A DNA stretch of 64,000 nt, taken from Escherichia coli (lineage in GTDB: Bacteria; Pseudomonadota; Gammaproteobacteria; Enterobacterales; Enterobacteriaceae). The DNA lies in assembly GCF_046105845.1 (NCBI RefSeq), contig NZ_CP151004.1; one strand, written 5' to 3'. A model generated the notes under the pieces. The model saw only the letters and a list, made by a program, of their open reading frames with translations. It ran no database searches and had not been told where the DNA came from. Positions 23,433 through 36,009 of this stretch are shown here, one piece after another (position 1 is the first letter of the stretch; every line of letters begins with the position of its first letter). The position numbers were made by a program, and so were the translations under genes.

Positions 23433-24884
23433 GTGAAAACACTAAATCGTCGCGATTTTCCCGGTGCACAGTATCCAGAACGTATCATTCAGTTTGGTGA
23501 AGGTAACTTCCTGCGCGCCTTTGTTGACTGGCAAATCGATCTCCTGAATGAGCACACCGATCTGAATTCTGGCGTGGTCGTTGTTCGTCCGATTGAAACT
23601 TCATTCCCACCGTCACTGAGCACACAGGATGGTCTGTACACCACCATTATCCGTGGCCTGAATGAGAAGGGTGAAGCGGTCAGCGATGCGCGTCTGATTC
23701 GCTCGGTTAATCGTGAAATCAGCGTCTACAGTGAATACGATGAATTCCTGAAACTGGCGCACAATCCGGAAATGCGCTTTGTTTTCTCTAACACCACCGA
23801 AGCGGGTATCAGCTACCATGCGGGCGATAAATTCGATGACGCGCCGGCGGTAAGTTATCCGGCAAAACTGACCCGTCTGCTGTTCGAACGTTTTAGCCAT
23901 TTCAACGGTGCGCTGGATAAAGGTTGGATCATCATCCCGTGTGAGTTGATCGACTACAATGGCGACGCGTTGCGTGAACTGGTTCTGCGCTATGCGCAAG
24001 AGTGGGCACTGCCAGAAGCATTTATTCAATGGCTGGATCAGGCTAACAGCTTCTGTTCTACGCTGGTGGACCGTATCGTTACCGGTTATCCGCGCGATGA
24101 AGTGGCTAAACTGGAAGAAGAACTGGGTTATCACGATGGTTTCCTCGACACCGCTGAACACTTTTACCTGTTTGTGATTCAGGGTCCGAAATCCTTAGCG
24201 ACTGAACTGCGTCTGGACAAATATCCGCTCAACGTGCTGATTGTTGACGATATTAAACCGTACAAAGAACGCAAAGTGGCAATCCTCAACGGTGCGCACA
24301 CCGCGCTGGTGCCAGTGGCGTTCCAGGCTGGGCTGGATACTGTAGGTGAAGCGATGAACGATGCTGAAATTTGTGCATTCGTTGAAAAAGCCATCTACGA
24401 AGAGATTATTCCGGTACTGGATTTGCCTCGTGATGAACTGGAATCTTTCGCCAGTGCAGTCACCGGACGTTTCCGTAACCCGTACATCAAGCATCAGCTG
24501 CTGTCTATCGCGCTCAACGGTATGACCAAGTTCCGCACACGCATCCTGCCGCAGCTGCTGGCAGGGCAGAAGGCAAACGGCACACTTCCGGCGCGCCTTA
24601 CTTTCGCATTAGCGGCATTGATTGCGTTTTATCGCGGTGAGCGTAACGGAGAAACATATCCGGTACAGGACGATGCACACTGGCTGGAACGTTATCAGCA
24701 ACTCTGGAGCCAGCATCGTGACCGTGTTATCGGCACCCAGGAACTGGTAGCGATTGTTTTGGCAGAAAAAGACCACTGGGAGCAGGACCTGACGCAAGTG
24801 CCTGGTCTGGTCGAGCAGGTTGCTAAGGACCTGGATGCGATTCTCGAAAAAGGAATGCGCGAAGCTGTACGTCCGTTGTGCTAA
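23433..24884 (+). CDS. uxaB: Altronate oxidoreductase (tagaturonate reductase)
   Basis: 483 aa; GTG start; matches UxaB. Confidence 0.93.
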   Translation: MKTLNRRDFPGAQYPERIIQFGEGNFLRAFVDWQIDLLNEHTDLNSGVVVVRPIETSFPPSLSTQDGLYTTIIRGLNEKGEAVSDARLIRSVNREISVYSEYDEFLKLAHNPEMRFVFSNTTEAGISYHAGDKFDDAPAVSYPAKLTRLLFERFSHFNGALDKGWIIIPCELIDYNGDALRELVLRYAQEWALPEAFIQWLDQANSFCSTLVDRIVTGYPRDEVAKLEEELGYHDGFLDTAEHFYLFVIQGPKSLATELRLDKYPLNVLIVDDIKPYKERKVAILNGAHTALVPVAFQAGLDTVGEAMNDAEICAFVEKAIYEEIIPVLDLPRDELESFASAVTGRFRNPYIKHQLLSIALNGMTKFRTRILPQLLAGQKANGTLPARLTFALAALIAFYRGERNGETYPVQDDAHWLERYQQLWSQHRDRVIGTQELVAIVLAEKDHWEQDLTQVPGLVEQVAKDLDAILEKGMREAVRPLC

Positions 24885-24891
24885 TACTCTG

Positions 24892-24920
24892 AACCCGGTT
24901 TCGACCGGGTTTCTTATTTT
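24892..24920 (+). terminator. Rho-independent terminator after uxaB (aacccggt-ttcg-accgggtt followed by tcttatttt)
   Basis: Stem-loop plus T-rich tail. Confidence 0.7.
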
Positions 24921-25080
24921 ACTATATTAGTTACAACATCCTATGTGCCTTTATCATTAACGGGTGCCATATGCCACACCTGTAAATGTTGTAAGCTTGT
25001 AGGTAATTTGTAAGTAGTGTCTTGAGAATGTGATCGTAATCACGTTTAATAGGACGACTTTTCCACGCCTGAAGATAACC

Positions 25081-25995
25081 ATGATTGTTCGTCCACAACA
25101 ACACTGGCTGCGCCGTATTTTTGTCTGGCACGGTTCAGTATTATCCAAGATATCCTCGCGCTTACTACTCAATTTTCTCTTTTCTATCGCTGTTATTTTC
25201 ATGCTGCCCTGGTACACGCATTTGGGCATTAAATTCACCCTCGCACCGTTCAGCATTCTCGGTGTCGCCATCGCCATTTTTCTTGGTTTTCGTAATAATG
25301 CCGGGTACGCCCGTTACGTTGAAGCGCGAAAACTTTGGGGGCAGTTGATGATTGCCTCACGGTCGTTACTGCGCGAGGTAAAAACGACATTGCCAGATTC
25401 GGCAAGTGTAAGGGAGTTTGCCCGGCTGCAAATCGCCTTCGCTCACTGTTTACGCATGACATTACGCAAACAACCACAGGCGGAAGTGCTGGCTCAATAT
25501 CTCAAGACGGAAGATCTTCAGCGAGTACTGGCTTCGAACTCTCCAGCTAACCGTATCTTGTTAATAATGGGGGAGTGGTTGGCGGTTCAGCGCCGCAATG
25601 GGCAGCTTTCAGATATCCTGTTTATTAGTCTCAACGATCGGCTTAACGATATTTCAGCGGTTCTGGCAGGCTGCGAGCGCATTGCCTATACGCCAATTCC
25701 CTTTGCCTACACCCTGATTTTGCATCGTACCGTTTATCTGTTTTGTATCATGCTGCCGTTCGCGCTGGTCGTGGACCTGCATTACATGACGCCTTTTATC
25801 TCTGTGCTGATTTCCTACACTTTTATTTCGCTGGATTGTCTGGCGGAAGAACTGGAAGATCCCTTCGGTACTGAAAACAATGATTTACCGCTGGATGCCA
25901 TCTGCAACGCTATTGAAATTGACCTGTTACAGATGAACGATGAAACAGAAATTCCAGCAAAAATTCTTCCCGATCGTCATTACCAGCTGACGTAA
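25081..25995 (+). CDS. yneE: Bestrophin-family membrane protein
   Basis: ORF 25030..25995; conserved start MIVRPQQHWLRRIFVWHGSVL at 25081 (304 aa). Confidence 0.88.
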   Translation: MIVRPQQHWLRRIFVWHGSVLSKISSRLLLNFLFSIAVIFMLPWYTHLGIKFTLAPFSILGVAIAIFLGFRNNAGYARYVEARKLWGQLMIASRSLLREVKTTLPDSASVREFARLQIAFAHCLRMTLRKQPQAEVLAQYLKTEDLQRVLASNSPANRILLIMGEWLAVQRRNGQLSDILFISLNDRLNDISAVLAGCERIAYTPIPFAYTLILHRTVYLFCIMLPFALVVDLHYMTPFISVLISYTFISLDCLAEELEDPFGTENNDLPLDAICNAIEIDLLQMNDETEIPAKILPDRHYQLT

Positions 25996-25998
25996 TAT

Positions 25999-26757
25999 TT
26001 ACTCCGTACGCCGGGCAACAATAAACAGACGCGGAAATGCCAGCAGTATCTCTCCGTTCTCTTGCAGTGGATACTGCTCTTCCAGCATCTGATGGTAGCG
26101 CGTAAGAAAATGCTGCTGTTCGCTCTCGGTCAGATCCTGTAACCACGGACGTAATCCAGTGGCGGTCACCCAATCGATAATCGCCTGGTGCGACGGCATC
26201 TGGTGATAGTAGGTGGTTCGCCAGATATCGACCTCACATCCGGCTTCGCTCAAAATATCGTAGTAAGCATGAACGCCAGCCAGCGGCTCACGCCCGCGAT
26301 CCGGGTAGTTTTGTTCCCAGGCAACTTCGCGCATAAGCACATGGGTCGGCTCCAGCCAGTTATCTGGCATCTGTACTGCCAGCACGCCCTGCGGATTAAG
26401 TAAAGAAACCAGATGAGGAAACAATTCGTAGTGGTCGGGCAGCCATTGCAGTGAGGCATTAGCGAAAATCAGATCCAGTGTCTGTTCCGGTTGCCAGTTG
26501 CGGATATCTGCTTCCACAAACTGGCAGTCTGGCAAAGCACTGCGCGCTTCGGCAATCATCGCCGGAGACGAGTCGATGCCTGTTATCCTGGCCGCAGGCC
26601 AACGTTGATGCAGCAGGGCGGTGCTGTTACCTGGGCCACAGCCAAGATCGGCAACGTATTTGATATTCTCCAGCGGCACTCTGGCAAGCAGCTCCACCGC
26701 CGGACGCGATCGTTCAGCGGCAAAGTGCAGATATAAAGAGGGGTTCCAGTCAGACAT
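25999..26757 (-). CDS. tam: Trans-aconitate 2-methyltransferase
   Basis: 252 aa; SAM-binding motif [10 protein letters not shown]. Confidence 0.93.
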   Translation of the reverse strand: MSDWNPSLYLHFAAERSRPAVELLARVPLENIKYVADLGCGPGNSTALLHQRWPAARITGIDSSPAMIAEARSALPDCQFVEADIRNWQPEQTLDLIFANASLQWLPDHYELFPHLVSLLNPQGVLAVQMPDNWLEPTHVLMREVAWEQNYPDRGREPLAGVHAYYDILSEAGCEVDIWRTTYYHQMPSHQAIIDWVTATGLRPWLQDLTESEQQHFLTRYHQMLEEQYPLQENGEILLAFPRLFIVARRTE

Positions 26758-26813
26758 TTATTTACTCCCGTCAGCGCGTTACCCCTAGTGTAGATAAAAC
26801 TGATAAATTCGCC

Positions 26814-27104
26814 TCACGGCATCAACCCATTGAACAGACGTTTTTTACGCGGCCCGGTCATTAAAGATTCCAGTTTCGCGACACAGGTTTTGTAGTGGGG
26901 CGTGGTTTTATGGAATGCCACTGCGTCTTCATCTTTATAGGCTTCGTAGATATAAAAGCGCGAATTTACTTCAGGGTCCTGTAAGACATCGAAGCGCAAA
27001 TTGCCTTCTTCCTGTACCGAGCCCAGGTGGTTCTGGCGAAAAACTTCGATAAACTCGTCAACCTTGTCTTCATGAACGTTAATTTCAACCAGTGTGACGT
27101 GCAT
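26814..27104 (-). CDS. lsrG: (4S)-4-hydroxy-5-phosphonooxypentane-2,3-dione isomerase
   Basis: 96 aa; matches LsrG. Confidence 0.93.
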   Translation of the reverse strand: MHVTLVEINVHEDKVDEFIEVFRQNHLGSVQEEGNLRFDVLQDPEVNSRFYIYEAYKDEDAVAFHKTTPHYKTCVAKLESLMTGPRKKRLFNGLMP

Positions 27105-27127
27105 AATTCTTCTCCTTAAATCCGCAG

Positions 27128-28003
27128 TTACTGTTTTTCACTCAGATAGAGTTCATATGCCCGATCAGCCGTTTCGTTATGGTGTACCACCGCCTGTACG
27201 GCTTTCATCATCGCCACCGGATGGTCAGACTGGAAAATATTACGCCCCATATCCACACCAGAAGCGCCCTGATCGATAGCCTGCCAGCACATTTCCAGCG
27301 CCTCGCGCTCCGGTAACTTTTTACCGCCAGCAATAACAATGGGTACCGGACATCCGGCAACAATCCGTTCAAAACCTTTTTCGACATAATAGGTTTTGAT
27401 AATTTGCGCCCCCATTTCAGCGGCGATTCGGGTAGCCAGCGAGAAATAACGCTGATCGCGCACCATATCTTTGCCCACGCCAGTCACGGCCATGGTCGGC
27501 ATTCCCACTTTCATTCCGGCATCGACCAGCTGAATAATATTTTTGATCGATTGATGTTCATATTCGCTGCCGATATAAACCTGCGCCGCCACCGCGCAAC
27601 TGTTCAGGCGCACGGCGTCATCCATCGATAACGCCACGGCTTCATTACTTAATTCCGCCAGAATAGAGTTCGCACCTGACGCCCGCAGTACCACCGGCTT
27701 ATTGGTCGCAGGGGGGACTACGCTGCGCAAAATGCCGCGCGTACACATTAATACATCGGCATGTTCAAACAGCGGGGCGATATTTATATCAATGCGTTCA
27801 AGTCCGGTAGTCGGCCCCTGAAAATAACCATGGTCAAAGGCCAGCATCACGGTGTTACCCGTTTTCGGATTAAATATCCGTGATAAGCGTGACTGCATTC
27901 CCCAATCCAGCGCACCGCAACCTTTCAGGGTAAAAGGGATATTTTGTTGCGGTTGATCGGTACGAAAATCTTTACCATCTTTAATATCGTCTAAATCTGC
28001 CAT
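27128..28003 (-). CDS. lsrF: 3-hydroxy-5-phosphonooxypentane-2,4-dione thiolase (aldolase fold)
   Basis: 291 aa; matches LsrF. Confidence 0.93.
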   Translation of the reverse strand: MADLDDIKDGKDFRTDQPQQNIPFTLKGCGALDWGMQSRLSRIFNPKTGNTVMLAFDHGYFQGPTTGLERIDINIAPLFEHADVLMCTRGILRSVVPPATNKPVVLRASGANSILAELSNEAVALSMDDAVRLNSCAVAAQVYIGSEYEHQSIKNIIQLVDAGMKVGMPTMAVTGVGKDMVRDQRYFSLATRIAAEMGAQIIKTYYVEKGFERIVAGCPVPIVIAGGKKLPEREALEMCWQAIDQGASGVDMGRNIFQSDHPVAMMKAVQAVVHHNETADRAYELYLSEKQ

Positions 28004-28029
28004 AACGTACTCCGGTTAAGTAATGCACA

Positions 28030-29052
28030 TCAGAAATCGTATTTGCCGATATTCTCTTTGTTGAATATCACGCGCTCCGGTAACAGTACGATGCCATTAC
28101 CATCCGCTTCGTAGTCATAGCCCTGAACGCTGTTTGGCGAGACTTCCACCTGACCTACGCCCTGGATATCCAGCTTGTCGCCCGTTTTCATTGATCCTTT
28201 TTTCAATAATGCATCCGCGACATACACTGAAATTTTGCCTTGCTGAACCACATCCCACAGGCCAAATTCTTTCACCGTGCCGCGTTCCACATATGGACGC
28301 ATCACGTTTGGCGTACTGAATCCGACAATCGCAACTTTGTCATTTTTCAGGTTTTCTGCGGCTTGTGCGGCAGCGGGCAGGGCATTGGCATCGGGGGCGA
28401 TAATGGCGTCGAGATCGCTATACGCTTTTAATATTCCTTCTGCGGTTTGTAACGATTTAGTGGCATCGTTATAGCCAAACTGCGTAGTGACAATTTCCCA
28501 GCCTGGATGCTCTTTGGCGATTTTCGCTTTCGCTTCTTTCACCCACTGGTTTTGGTCCGTAACGGTGGGGCTTGAGTAGAAAAAAGCGACTTTGGCTTTG
28601 TCTTTATTCACCTGACGCGCCGCCATATCCACCAACATACCTCCCAACTGGGCGGGCGTTCCCTGATTAATGTAGTAAGAGCGGCACTCCGGTTTAGTAT
28701 CAGAGTCCCAGGTCAGCACTCTCACACCACGTTGCATGGCGCGTTTCAGTGCCGGACACAAGCCATCAGGCGAAACCGCAGAAACGATAATGGCGTTATA
28801 ACCTTGATTGACGAAGTTATTAATCAACTGTACCTGACCAGAAACACTGGGTTCTGTCGGCCCGTCGTAGGTCACATCAACGCCCAGCTCTTTACCCGCT
28901 TGTTGTGCGCCGTTGCCGCCGCTGGTAAAAAATCCCACGCCAACCAGTTTGGGAATAAATGCAATACGCTCTGCGGCCTGCACATTCATAGAGATTGCGG
29001 CAATGCCAAGAGCGCTAAGTAAGGCGATTTTCTTAAAGCGATGAAGTGTCAT
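28030..29052 (-). CDS. lsrB: Autoinducer-2 periplasmic binding protein
   Basis: 340 aa with signal peptide; matches LsrB. Confidence 0.93.
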   Translation of the reverse strand: MTLHRFKKIALLSALGIAAISMNVQAAERIAFIPKLVGVGFFTSGGNGAQQAGKELGVDVTYDGPTEPSVSGQVQLINNFVNQGYNAIIVSAVSPDGLCPALKRAMQRGVRVLTWDSDTKPECRSYYINQGTPAQLGGMLVDMAARQVNKDKAKVAFFYSSPTVTDQNQWVKEAKAKIAKEHPGWEIVTTQFGYNDATKSLQTAEGILKAYSDLDAIIAPDANALPAAAQAAENLKNDKVAIVGFSTPNVMRPYVERGTVKEFGLWDVVQQGKISVYVADALLKKGSMKTGDKLDIQGVGQVEVSPNSVQGYDYEADGNGIVLLPERVIFNKENIGKYDF

Positions 29053-29063
29053 GAAGATATCCT

Positions 29064-30056
29064 TTATGGCAATGGGTTATTGGCCCGACGCGCCAGCCAC
29101 TCTTTAATTTGCTGGCGATGCAGGCTAACGGAACGACCTACGACAACGACGATAAGTAGCGCACCGGAAAGGGCGCTGGACACCTGATTTGGCACTCCTG
29201 CCATTTGCAAACCTTGTTGCAAATATCCCACTAATAAAACCGCAATGGCGGTGCCGATAATGGAACCGGAACCACCATAAATATTGGCACCGCCAAGCAC
29301 CACGGCGGTGATGGCGGGCATCAGAAACGACGCACCGAGATCGGAACGTGCTGAACCAAAATACGATACCAGCAGCACAGCGGCGACTGCAGACGCCAGC
29401 CCCGTCATGGCATAGAGCGCACATAAGGTACGGTTAACTGGAATCGCGCTATAAAGCGCCACGCGCGGGCTTTGCCCAATCAAAAACACGTTACGTCCGG
29501 CATGGGTTTTATGCAGCCAGAGCCAGAAAACGAGGAGACATATCAGAAAGATAATCAGCGGAACAGGGAGTCCCAGCACATCCAGGTTAGCGAAATCTGT
29601 AAACGCCATCGGGAATCCACCAATACCTTCGTACCCCGTCGCTCCGGCCATCCCGGAAAGCAGCAGGGCGCTTCCGGCAAACAGATACAGCGTGCCAAGC
29701 GTAATCACCAGCGGGTTAACTTTGGTATAGATAATTAATCCGGCGTTGATCAGCCCGCACAATGCGCCGAGCAGTAAGGTCAGGAGAATCGCCAGCGGCA
29801 TCGGCACACCACTTTGAAACAGTACGCCCAATGCAATGGCGCAGAGGCCGATGGTCGAACCAAACGAAATATCGATCCCGCCACTGACAATCACCATCGT
29901 CAGCGGTAGGGCGACAATGCCAATGCAGATAAAGTCACTGGTGCTGAACAGCAACATATTGAGATCTAACATCCGCGGGTTAATTGCACCAAATGCGACA
30001 ATCTCAATAACGAGCAGTGCGGCAAGAGCCAGTTCCCAACCGTAGCGAATACGCAT
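29064..30056 (-). CDS. lsrD: AI-2 ABC transporter permease
   Basis: 330 aa. Confidence 0.93.
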   Translation of the reverse strand: MRIRYGWELALAALLVIEIVAFGAINPRMLDLNMLLFSTSDFICIGIVALPLTMVIVSGGIDISFGSTIGLCAIALGVLFQSGVPMPLAILLTLLLGALCGLINAGLIIYTKVNPLVITLGTLYLFAGSALLLSGMAGATGYEGIGGFPMAFTDFANLDVLGLPVPLIIFLICLLVFWLWLHKTHAGRNVFLIGQSPRVALYSAIPVNRTLCALYAMTGLASAVAAVLLVSYFGSARSDLGASFLMPAITAVVLGGANIYGGSGSIIGTAIAVLLVGYLQQGLQMAGVPNQVSSALSGALLIVVVVGRSVSLHRQQIKEWLARRANNPLP

Positions 30057-31084
30057 TATGCGGCCTCCCGTTTTTTACCTGACGAAGCGGGTTTAACGGA
30101 TGGCGGTGGCATCATAAAGCGGGCATATTTTTGCCGCCGCAGATTACGTTCCAGCGCACAACGCAGGCGTCCATCAAACACCAGCACCGCCAGCAGAACC
30201 AGGCCCGCGATAAAATCGTTCCACCATGCCGGAATGCGCAACAGCACCAGTACGCTATCGATCTGCGTCAGGAACCATGCGCCTAATACCGCACCGATGA
30301 TCGCGCCGGAACCGCCGAGCAAACTAATGCCGCCCAGCACGCAGGCTGCAATTGCTTTCATCTCCAGCCCGGTACCGGTCTGGTTGGGGATAAAACCAAT
30401 CTGCGAAGCAAACACAATTCCCGCCAGTGCCGCCATGCAGCCGTTCAACGAAAATGCCACAATGCGAATGGCTTCCGTACGAACGCCCAGTTGACGAGCG
30501 CCCTGTAAATTATCGCCCGTGACATAAAAACTGCGTCCAAACGCCGTCTTTGCCAGCAGCCAGGCCATAAATGCCACCAGAATTATCGTCAACCAACCAA
30601 TCGCGGAAACGCCAAACAGCAGCGGTGCGGAGAGCTGTTTCAGTTCGGCGGGTAACCCTTCAATCCATTTGCCGCCAGTCCACAGCAACATGATGCCTCT
30701 GTACAACCCTAACGTGCCAAGGGTGGCAACAATGGCAGGGATCTTTAGCCACGCGACCAGGACACCGTTGAAAAATCCCGCGAGCAAACCAAGCAGTAAA
30801 GTCGCGACACAGGCAACAGGTAGTGAATATCCTGCGTTCAGTAACATCCCCAACAGCACCGCGCACATTCCGGTAATCGAACCCACTGAAACATCAATAT
30901 TGCGCGTAAGCATTACCAGCGTCGCGCCCATTGCCAGCAGGATCAGGATTTGCGCGCTGCTATAAACCATGGTCAGCGTTTGCACACTTAAATACTGGCG
31001 GTCGAGAAAACCGGGTAATACAAACAGCAGCACCACCGCCAGCAGTGCCGTGATTTCACGGTTGTTCTGAATAAATTTCAGCAT
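30056..31084 (-). CDS. lsrC: AI-2 ABC transporter permease
   Basis: 342 aa; 1-nt overlap with lsrD and 7-nt overlap with lsrA. Confidence 0.93.
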   Translation of the reverse strand: MLKFIQNNREITALLAVVLLFVLPGFLDRQYLSVQTLTMVYSSAQILILLAMGATLVMLTRNIDVSVGSITGMCAVLLGMLLNAGYSLPVACVATLLLGLLAGFFNGVLVAWLKIPAIVATLGTLGLYRGIMLLWTGGKWIEGLPAELKQLSAPLLFGVSAIGWLTIILVAFMAWLLAKTAFGRSFYVTGDNLQGARQLGVRTEAIRIVAFSLNGCMAALAGIVFASQIGFIPNQTGTGLEMKAIAACVLGGISLLGGSGAIIGAVLGAWFLTQIDSVLVLLRIPAWWNDFIAGLVLLAVLVFDGRLRCALERNLRRQKYARFMMPPPSVKPASSGKKREAA

Positions 31085-32613
31085 GACGCCTCCTGACGCT
31101 GACTATCGCCGAAGGCAACGCGCATAATGGTCTCGACATTAATATCGCGTCCGGTCAGTGCAGAGTGGGCAATTTCGCCCTGATGCATCACATATACGCG
31201 ATCTGCCATCAGTTCGATCTCTTCCAGATCAGAGGAGATAAGCAGCACTGCCACATTCTGTGCGGCGATGCTGCGCAACAGCTGGTAGATATCATTACGG
31301 ACTGAGACATCCACGCCGCGCGTCGGCTCATCGACAATCAATACTTGCGGCGAGGCTTCCAGACATTTGGCAATCAGGATTTTTTGCTGGTTGCCGCCGG
31401 ATAAGGTCCGCGCAGCTTGTTCCGGTTGGTTAAATTTAATATTCAGCGCCCGACGATAACGTTCCAGTGTGGCGTTATCTTTCGCGGTTTTCGCCCAGAA
31501 TCCACGAAGGTTATGAGTAAGGGCGCAGACATTCCAGGCCAGCGAAGCATCGAGATTCAGTCCGGATGACTGGCGATCTTCCGGCAGATAAACCAGACCG
31601 CGCAGTAAACGTTCTCCAGTGGATAATTTATTGATCTCTTTACCATTCAGCATAATGCGTCCGCCACGCAAAGTACGCAGACCATAGAGCGTCTCGGCCA
31701 GTTCTGTGCGTCCGGCCCCCACCAGCCCAGCCAGCCCCAGAATTTCTCCGGCATTAAGCGTCAGGCTGACATTCATAAAACCTTCGCCGGTCAGGTTTTC
31801 CAGTGTCAGCACCGGCGTTCCGGCGGCATGTTGTGGGCGGTTGCCAGGTAACTCCAGCCATAATTTTTGGCTGGCAGAGAGCGATTTTTCCCGTAGCGCT
31901 GGCGTGATGGCCTGAATAATGTCGTCGGTAGACAGTTCGATGGTTTTGCCGCTTAAGGCGATAGTTCCGTCGCGCATCACGCTAATCCGATCGGCAATCT
32001 GGCGAATTTCCGGCAGCTTATGCGAGATAAAAACAATACCCACGCCAGTAGCAAGCAGCTCCCGCAAGCGACTAAACAAGCGTTCGGTTTCCGCAGGGGT
32101 AAGCGAGGCGGTAGGTTCATCGAGGATCAGAATCTGCGAGTCGCGCATCAGCCCACGGAGGATTTCCACCATTTGGCGATCGGCGACATCCAGCGATCCT
32201 GCCAGACTATGCAGATCAAACTGGCAGCCCAGCGCCACCAGCAAGTTATTCATTTTCTGTATGGAGAGTTGTTTTTTTGCCAGACCAAACAGGATGTTTT
32301 CTTTTATCGACAGGCTTGGAAAAAGCAGCGGTTCCTGGGGAACGAGATAAATGCCCAGCTGATGAGCATGAACTGGCGTTAATCTGGTGTAGTTGTTGCC
32401 CCCAATCTCAAGCGTACCGCTATCAGCAGGGGTAATACCGGCAATAATCTTCATTAACGTCGATTTACCGGCACCATTGCCGCCGAGCAGGGCGTGGACC
32501 TCCCCCTGGTGCAACGTAAAATCGATGCCTTTCAGGACATTAACCCCTGAATACTGTTTATAAACCGAGCGGGCGCAAAGTAGCGGTAACGCGCGGGTAT
32601 CACTCGTTTGCAT
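31078..32613 (-). CDS. lsrA: AI-2 ABC transporter ATP-binding protein (tandem ABC domains)
   Basis: 511 aa; two Walker A motifs ([18 protein letters not shown]). Confidence 0.93.
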   Translation of the reverse strand: MQTSDTRALPLLCARSVYKQYSGVNVLKGIDFTLHQGEVHALLGGNGAGKSTLMKIIAGITPADSGTLEIGGNNYTRLTPVHAHQLGIYLVPQEPLLFPSLSIKENILFGLAKKQLSIQKMNNLLVALGCQFDLHSLAGSLDVADRQMVEILRGLMRDSQILILDEPTASLTPAETERLFSRLRELLATGVGIVFISHKLPEIRQIADRISVMRDGTIALSGKTIELSTDDIIQAITPALREKSLSASQKLWLELPGNRPQHAAGTPVLTLENLTGEGFMNVSLTLNAGEILGLAGLVGAGRTELAETLYGLRTLRGGRIMLNGKEINKLSTGERLLRGLVYLPEDRQSSGLNLDASLAWNVCALTHNLRGFWAKTAKDNATLERYRRALNIKFNQPEQAARTLSGGNQQKILIAKCLEASPQVLIVDEPTRGVDVSVRNDIYQLLRSIAAQNVAVLLISSDLEEIELMADRVYVMHQGEIAHSALTGRDINVETIMRVAFGDSQRQEASC

Positions 32614-32861
32614 ATTTCCCCCGTTCAGTTTTGCAGGTGAGTTTTGAACAAATGTATTTTTGCTTTTAATTTGTTCATAACCTTAGGCGGGCATTGCATA
32701 TATTTCCGACGAATAGATCACAATTTATGCTATTTTGATTTTCACGGTTGCGTTTGTTCATGCTCGTAGAGTCAAACTGTGGTTGCTATCACAGATATAA
32801 ATGCGCAAGAACTGAACAATTGCATTAAAGATTTAAATATGTTCAAAGTGAAGAATGAATT
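32614..32861. promoter_or_regulatory. lsrA/lsrR divergent control region with a CRP-like site TGTGGttgctaTCACA at about 32778-32793
   Basis: CRP half-sites read from sequence; lsr is known to be cAMP-CRP and LsrR controlled. Confidence 0.5.
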
Positions 32862-33815
32862 ATGACAATCAACGATTCGGCAATTTCAGAACAGGGAATG
32901 TGTGAAGAAGAACAGGTCGCGCGGATCGCGTGGTTTTACTACCACGACGGGCTGACCCAGAGCGAGATCAGCGATCGTCTCGGGCTGACCCGTTTGAAAG
33001 TGTCGCGATTACTGGAGAAAGGGCATCAGTCCGGCATTATTCGCGTGCAGATTAATTCTCGCTTTGAAGGCTGTCTGGAATATGAAACACAATTACGTCG
33101 TCAGTTTTCGCTACAACATTTCCGGGTGATCCCTGGGCTTGCGGATGCTGATGTCGGCGGGCGACTGGGGATAGGCGCGGCGCATATGTTGATGAGTTTA
33201 CTTCAACCACAACAGATGCTGGCGATTGGTTTTGGCGAGGCAACCATGAATACGCTGCAACGCTTAAGTGGTTTTATTTCGTCACAGCAAATTCGCTTGG
33301 TCACGCTCTCCGGTGGCGTCGGTTCTTATATGACGGGTATCGGGCAGCTTAACGCGGCGTGCAGTGTGAATATTATTCCGGCTCCGTTGCGGGCATCCTC
33401 CGCTGACATTGCCCGTACGCTAAAAAATGAAGATTGCGTCAAAGACGTTCTGCTAGCCGCGCAAGCAGCGGATGTGGCGATTGTCGGCATTGGGGCTGTG
33501 AGTCAACAAGACGACGCAACAATCATTCGCTCCGGCTATATCAGCCAGGGCGAACAGTTAATGATTGGTCGAAAAGGGGCGGTTGGCGACATTTTAGGCT
33601 ACTTTTTTGATGCAAAAGGTGACGTTGTCACGGATATTAAAATACATAACGAACTGATTGGCTTACCTTTAAGCGCGCTGAAGACCATTCCCGTCCGGGT
33701 TGGCGTAGCAGGGGGAGAAAATAAAGCCGAAGCCATTGCCGCTGCAATGAAAGGCGGCTATATCAACGCACTGGTTACCGATCAGGACACAGCAGCGGCG
33801 ATTTTACGTAGTTAA
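32862..33815 (+). CDS. lsrR: Transcriptional repressor of the lsr operon (SorC family)
   Basis: 317 aa. Confidence 0.93.
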   Translation: MTINDSAISEQGMCEEEQVARIAWFYYHDGLTQSEISDRLGLTRLKVSRLLEKGHQSGIIRVQINSRFEGCLEYETQLRRQFSLQHFRVIPGLADADVGGRLGIGAAHMLMSLLQPQQMLAIGFGEATMNTLQRLSGFISSQQIRLVTLSGGVGSYMTGIGQLNAACSVNIIPAPLRASSADIARTLKNEDCVKDVLLAAQAADVAIVGIGAVSQQDDATIIRSGYISQGEQLMIGRKGAVGDILGYFFDAKGDVVTDIKIHNELIGLPLSALKTIPVRVGVAGGENKAEAIAAAMKGGYINALVTDQDTAAAILRS

Positions 33816-33893
33816 ATTTGCATGACCTTATTACCGGGAATGATGGAGAACGTATAGAGGAACAGACAGAACGCATAAGCCGAGGATAATCTA

Positions 33894-35486
33894 ATGGCTC
33901 GACTCTTTACCCCTTCAGAATCAAAGTACTACCTGATGGCGCTGGATGCAGGCACCGGAAGTATTCGGGCTGTGATATTCGACCTGGAAGGCAATCAAAT
34001 AGCAGTGGGACAGGCGGAGTGGCGGCACCTGGCAGTACCGGACGTTCCTGGTTCTATGGAGTTTGATCTCAACAAAAACTGGCAACTGGCGTGTGAGTGT
34101 ATGCGCCAGGCGCTTCACAACGCCGGCATAGCCCCGGAGTATATCGCTGCCGTTTCGGCATGTTCGATGCGCGAAGGCATTGTTTTATATAACAATGAAG
34201 GAACACCGATCTGGGCCTGCGCCAATGTGGATGCCAGAGCGGCGCGCGAAGTTAGCGAACTTAAAGAACTGCACAACAATACCTTTGAAAACGAAGTTTA
34301 TCGCGCCACCGGACAAACGCTGGCTTTAAGCGCTATTCCCAGATTACTTTGGCTGGCGCACCATCGTTCCGATATTTACCGTCAGGCATCAACCATCACC
34401 ATGATCAGCGACTGGCTGGCCTATATGCTCAGCGGCGAACTGGCGGTGGATCCCTCTAACGCTGGCACCACGGGACTTCTTGATCTAACCACCCGTGACT
34501 GGAAACCTGCATTGCTGGATATGGCCGGACTGCGGGCCGATATTCTTTCTCCTGTCAAAGAAACCGGCACATTGCTGGGCGTGGTAAGTTCACAAGCGGC
34601 GGAACTCTGCGGTCTGAAGGCGGGCACTCCGGTGGTCGTTGGAGGAGGCGACGTGCAACTTGGTTGCCTGGGGTTAGGCGTTGTGCGTCCGGCACAAACC
34701 GCTGTTCTTGGCGGCACATTCTGGCAGCAAGTTGTAAACTTAGCCGCGCCGGTGACAGACCCAGAAATGAACGTGCGCGTTAATCCTCATGTTATTCCTG
34801 GCATGGTACAAGCTGAATCTATAAGCTTTTTTACCGGACTCACCATGCGCTGGTTCCGCGATGCTTTCTGTGCCGAAGAAAAACTGATTGCCGAACGTTT
34901 AGGCATCGACACCTATACGCTGCTGGAAGAGATGGCAAGTCGGGTGCCGCCTGGGTCGTGGGGCGTAATGCCGATATTCTCCGACAGAATGCGCTTTAAA
35001 ACCTGGTATCACGCTGCGCCTTCCTTTATTAATTTGTCTATTGATCCGGATAAATGTAACAAAGCGACGTTGTTCCGTGCGCTGGAAGAAAATGCGGCGA
35101 TTGTATCAGCGTGTAACTTGCAGCAAATCGCTGATTTCTCGAATATTCATCCTTCATCGTTAGTCTTTGCAGGCGGAGGTTCAAAAGGGAAATTATGGAG
35201 TCAAATTCTCGCTGATGTCTCGGGATTACCCGTCAATATTCCAGTGGTCAAAGAAGCCACCGCATTAGGATGTGCCATTGCAGCTGGCGTCGGTGCCGGA
35301 ATTTTTTCATCAATGGCAGAAACCGGAGAACGCCTGGTTCGCTGGGAACGGACGCACACACCAGACCCGGAAAAGCATGAACTTTATCAGGATTCACGCG
35401 ATAAGTGGCAGGCAGTTTATCAGGATCAGCTGGGGCTGGTTGATCACGGGCTGACGACGTCGTTATGGAAAGCGCCTGGGTTATAG
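33894..35486 (+). CDS. lsrK: Autoinducer-2 kinase (FGGY carbohydrate kinase family)
   Basis: 530 aa. Confidence 0.93.
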   Translation: MARLFTPSESKYYLMALDAGTGSIRAVIFDLEGNQIAVGQAEWRHLAVPDVPGSMEFDLNKNWQLACECMRQALHNAGIAPEYIAAVSACSMREGIVLYNNEGTPIWACANVDARAAREVSELKELHNNTFENEVYRATGQTLALSAIPRLLWLAHHRSDIYRQASTITMISDWLAYMLSGELAVDPSNAGTTGLLDLTTRDWKPALLDMAGLRADILSPVKETGTLLGVVSSQAAELCGLKAGTPVVVGGGDVQLGCLGLGVVRPAQTAVLGGTFWQQVVNLAAPVTDPEMNVRVNPHVIPGMVQAESISFFTGLTMRWFRDAFCAEEKLIAERLGIDTYTLLEEMASRVPPGSWGVMPIFSDRMRFKTWYHAAPSFINLSIDPDKCNKATLFRALEENAAIVSACNLQQIADFSNIHPSSLVFAGGGSKGKLWSQILADVSGLPVNIPVVKEATALGCAIAAGVGAGIFSSMAETGERLVRWERTHTPDPEKHELYQDSRDKWQAVYQDQLGLVDHGLTTSLWKAPGL

Positions 35487-35495
35487 TTTCATTGA

Positions 35496-35532
35496 CAGCC
35501 ACATCATGATGACCGTGGCTGTTAGTTTTTGA
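35496..35532 (+). terminator. Rho-independent terminator after lsrK (acagccac...gtggctgt followed by tagttttt)
   Basis: Stem-loop plus T-run. Coordinates approximate. Confidence 0.6.
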
Positions 35533-36009
35533 GTATTCTTATTTCCCTTCTTTTAGATCTGGTTTGTTAAATGCCAGCTTGCAGATTCATCGTTCCATCG
35601 CCAGTAATATATTCAAGGGGAAATTGCTATTTTTCTTAAAATATTAAGCATAACCCTTATTTTATAGCGAATATTCCTAAAGACATAAATGAATGAAAAA
35701 GAGTTTTAATAGAGTTCTTTTTTAGCAATTAATGCTATTCTTTGTTAAATATGATGATGGTAATTTTCTTATTGAAAGAAACATTTTTCTTATTAAGCAA
35801 CAATAACTCATGGTTCATTTTTAAATAAAATAAGAACTATGCAATTTTTAATCTATCAATTCGAAAGTATTAGCAAATGAGCCAAATTGACACCTTCCCA
35901 CCTCCAACCAACACTCAATACAGACCTCTGACAACTTAATAAGTTTCATTTTTAACGTCTGATGACTCATCTCTTTCGTGGCTGTATTGTTTGTATATGG
36001 AGCGTTTAT

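Noticed and set aside
23613-24161. 182-aa minus-strand ORF inside uxaB
   Set aside because: Antisense to a conserved enzyme gene; no independent support.
35962-36009. 16-codon N-terminal extension of the autotransporter ORF (MTHLFRGCIVCIWSVY)
   Set aside because: The downstream ATG at 36010 begins a canonical ESPR motif (MNRIYRVIWN...), so the extension is probably untranslated.
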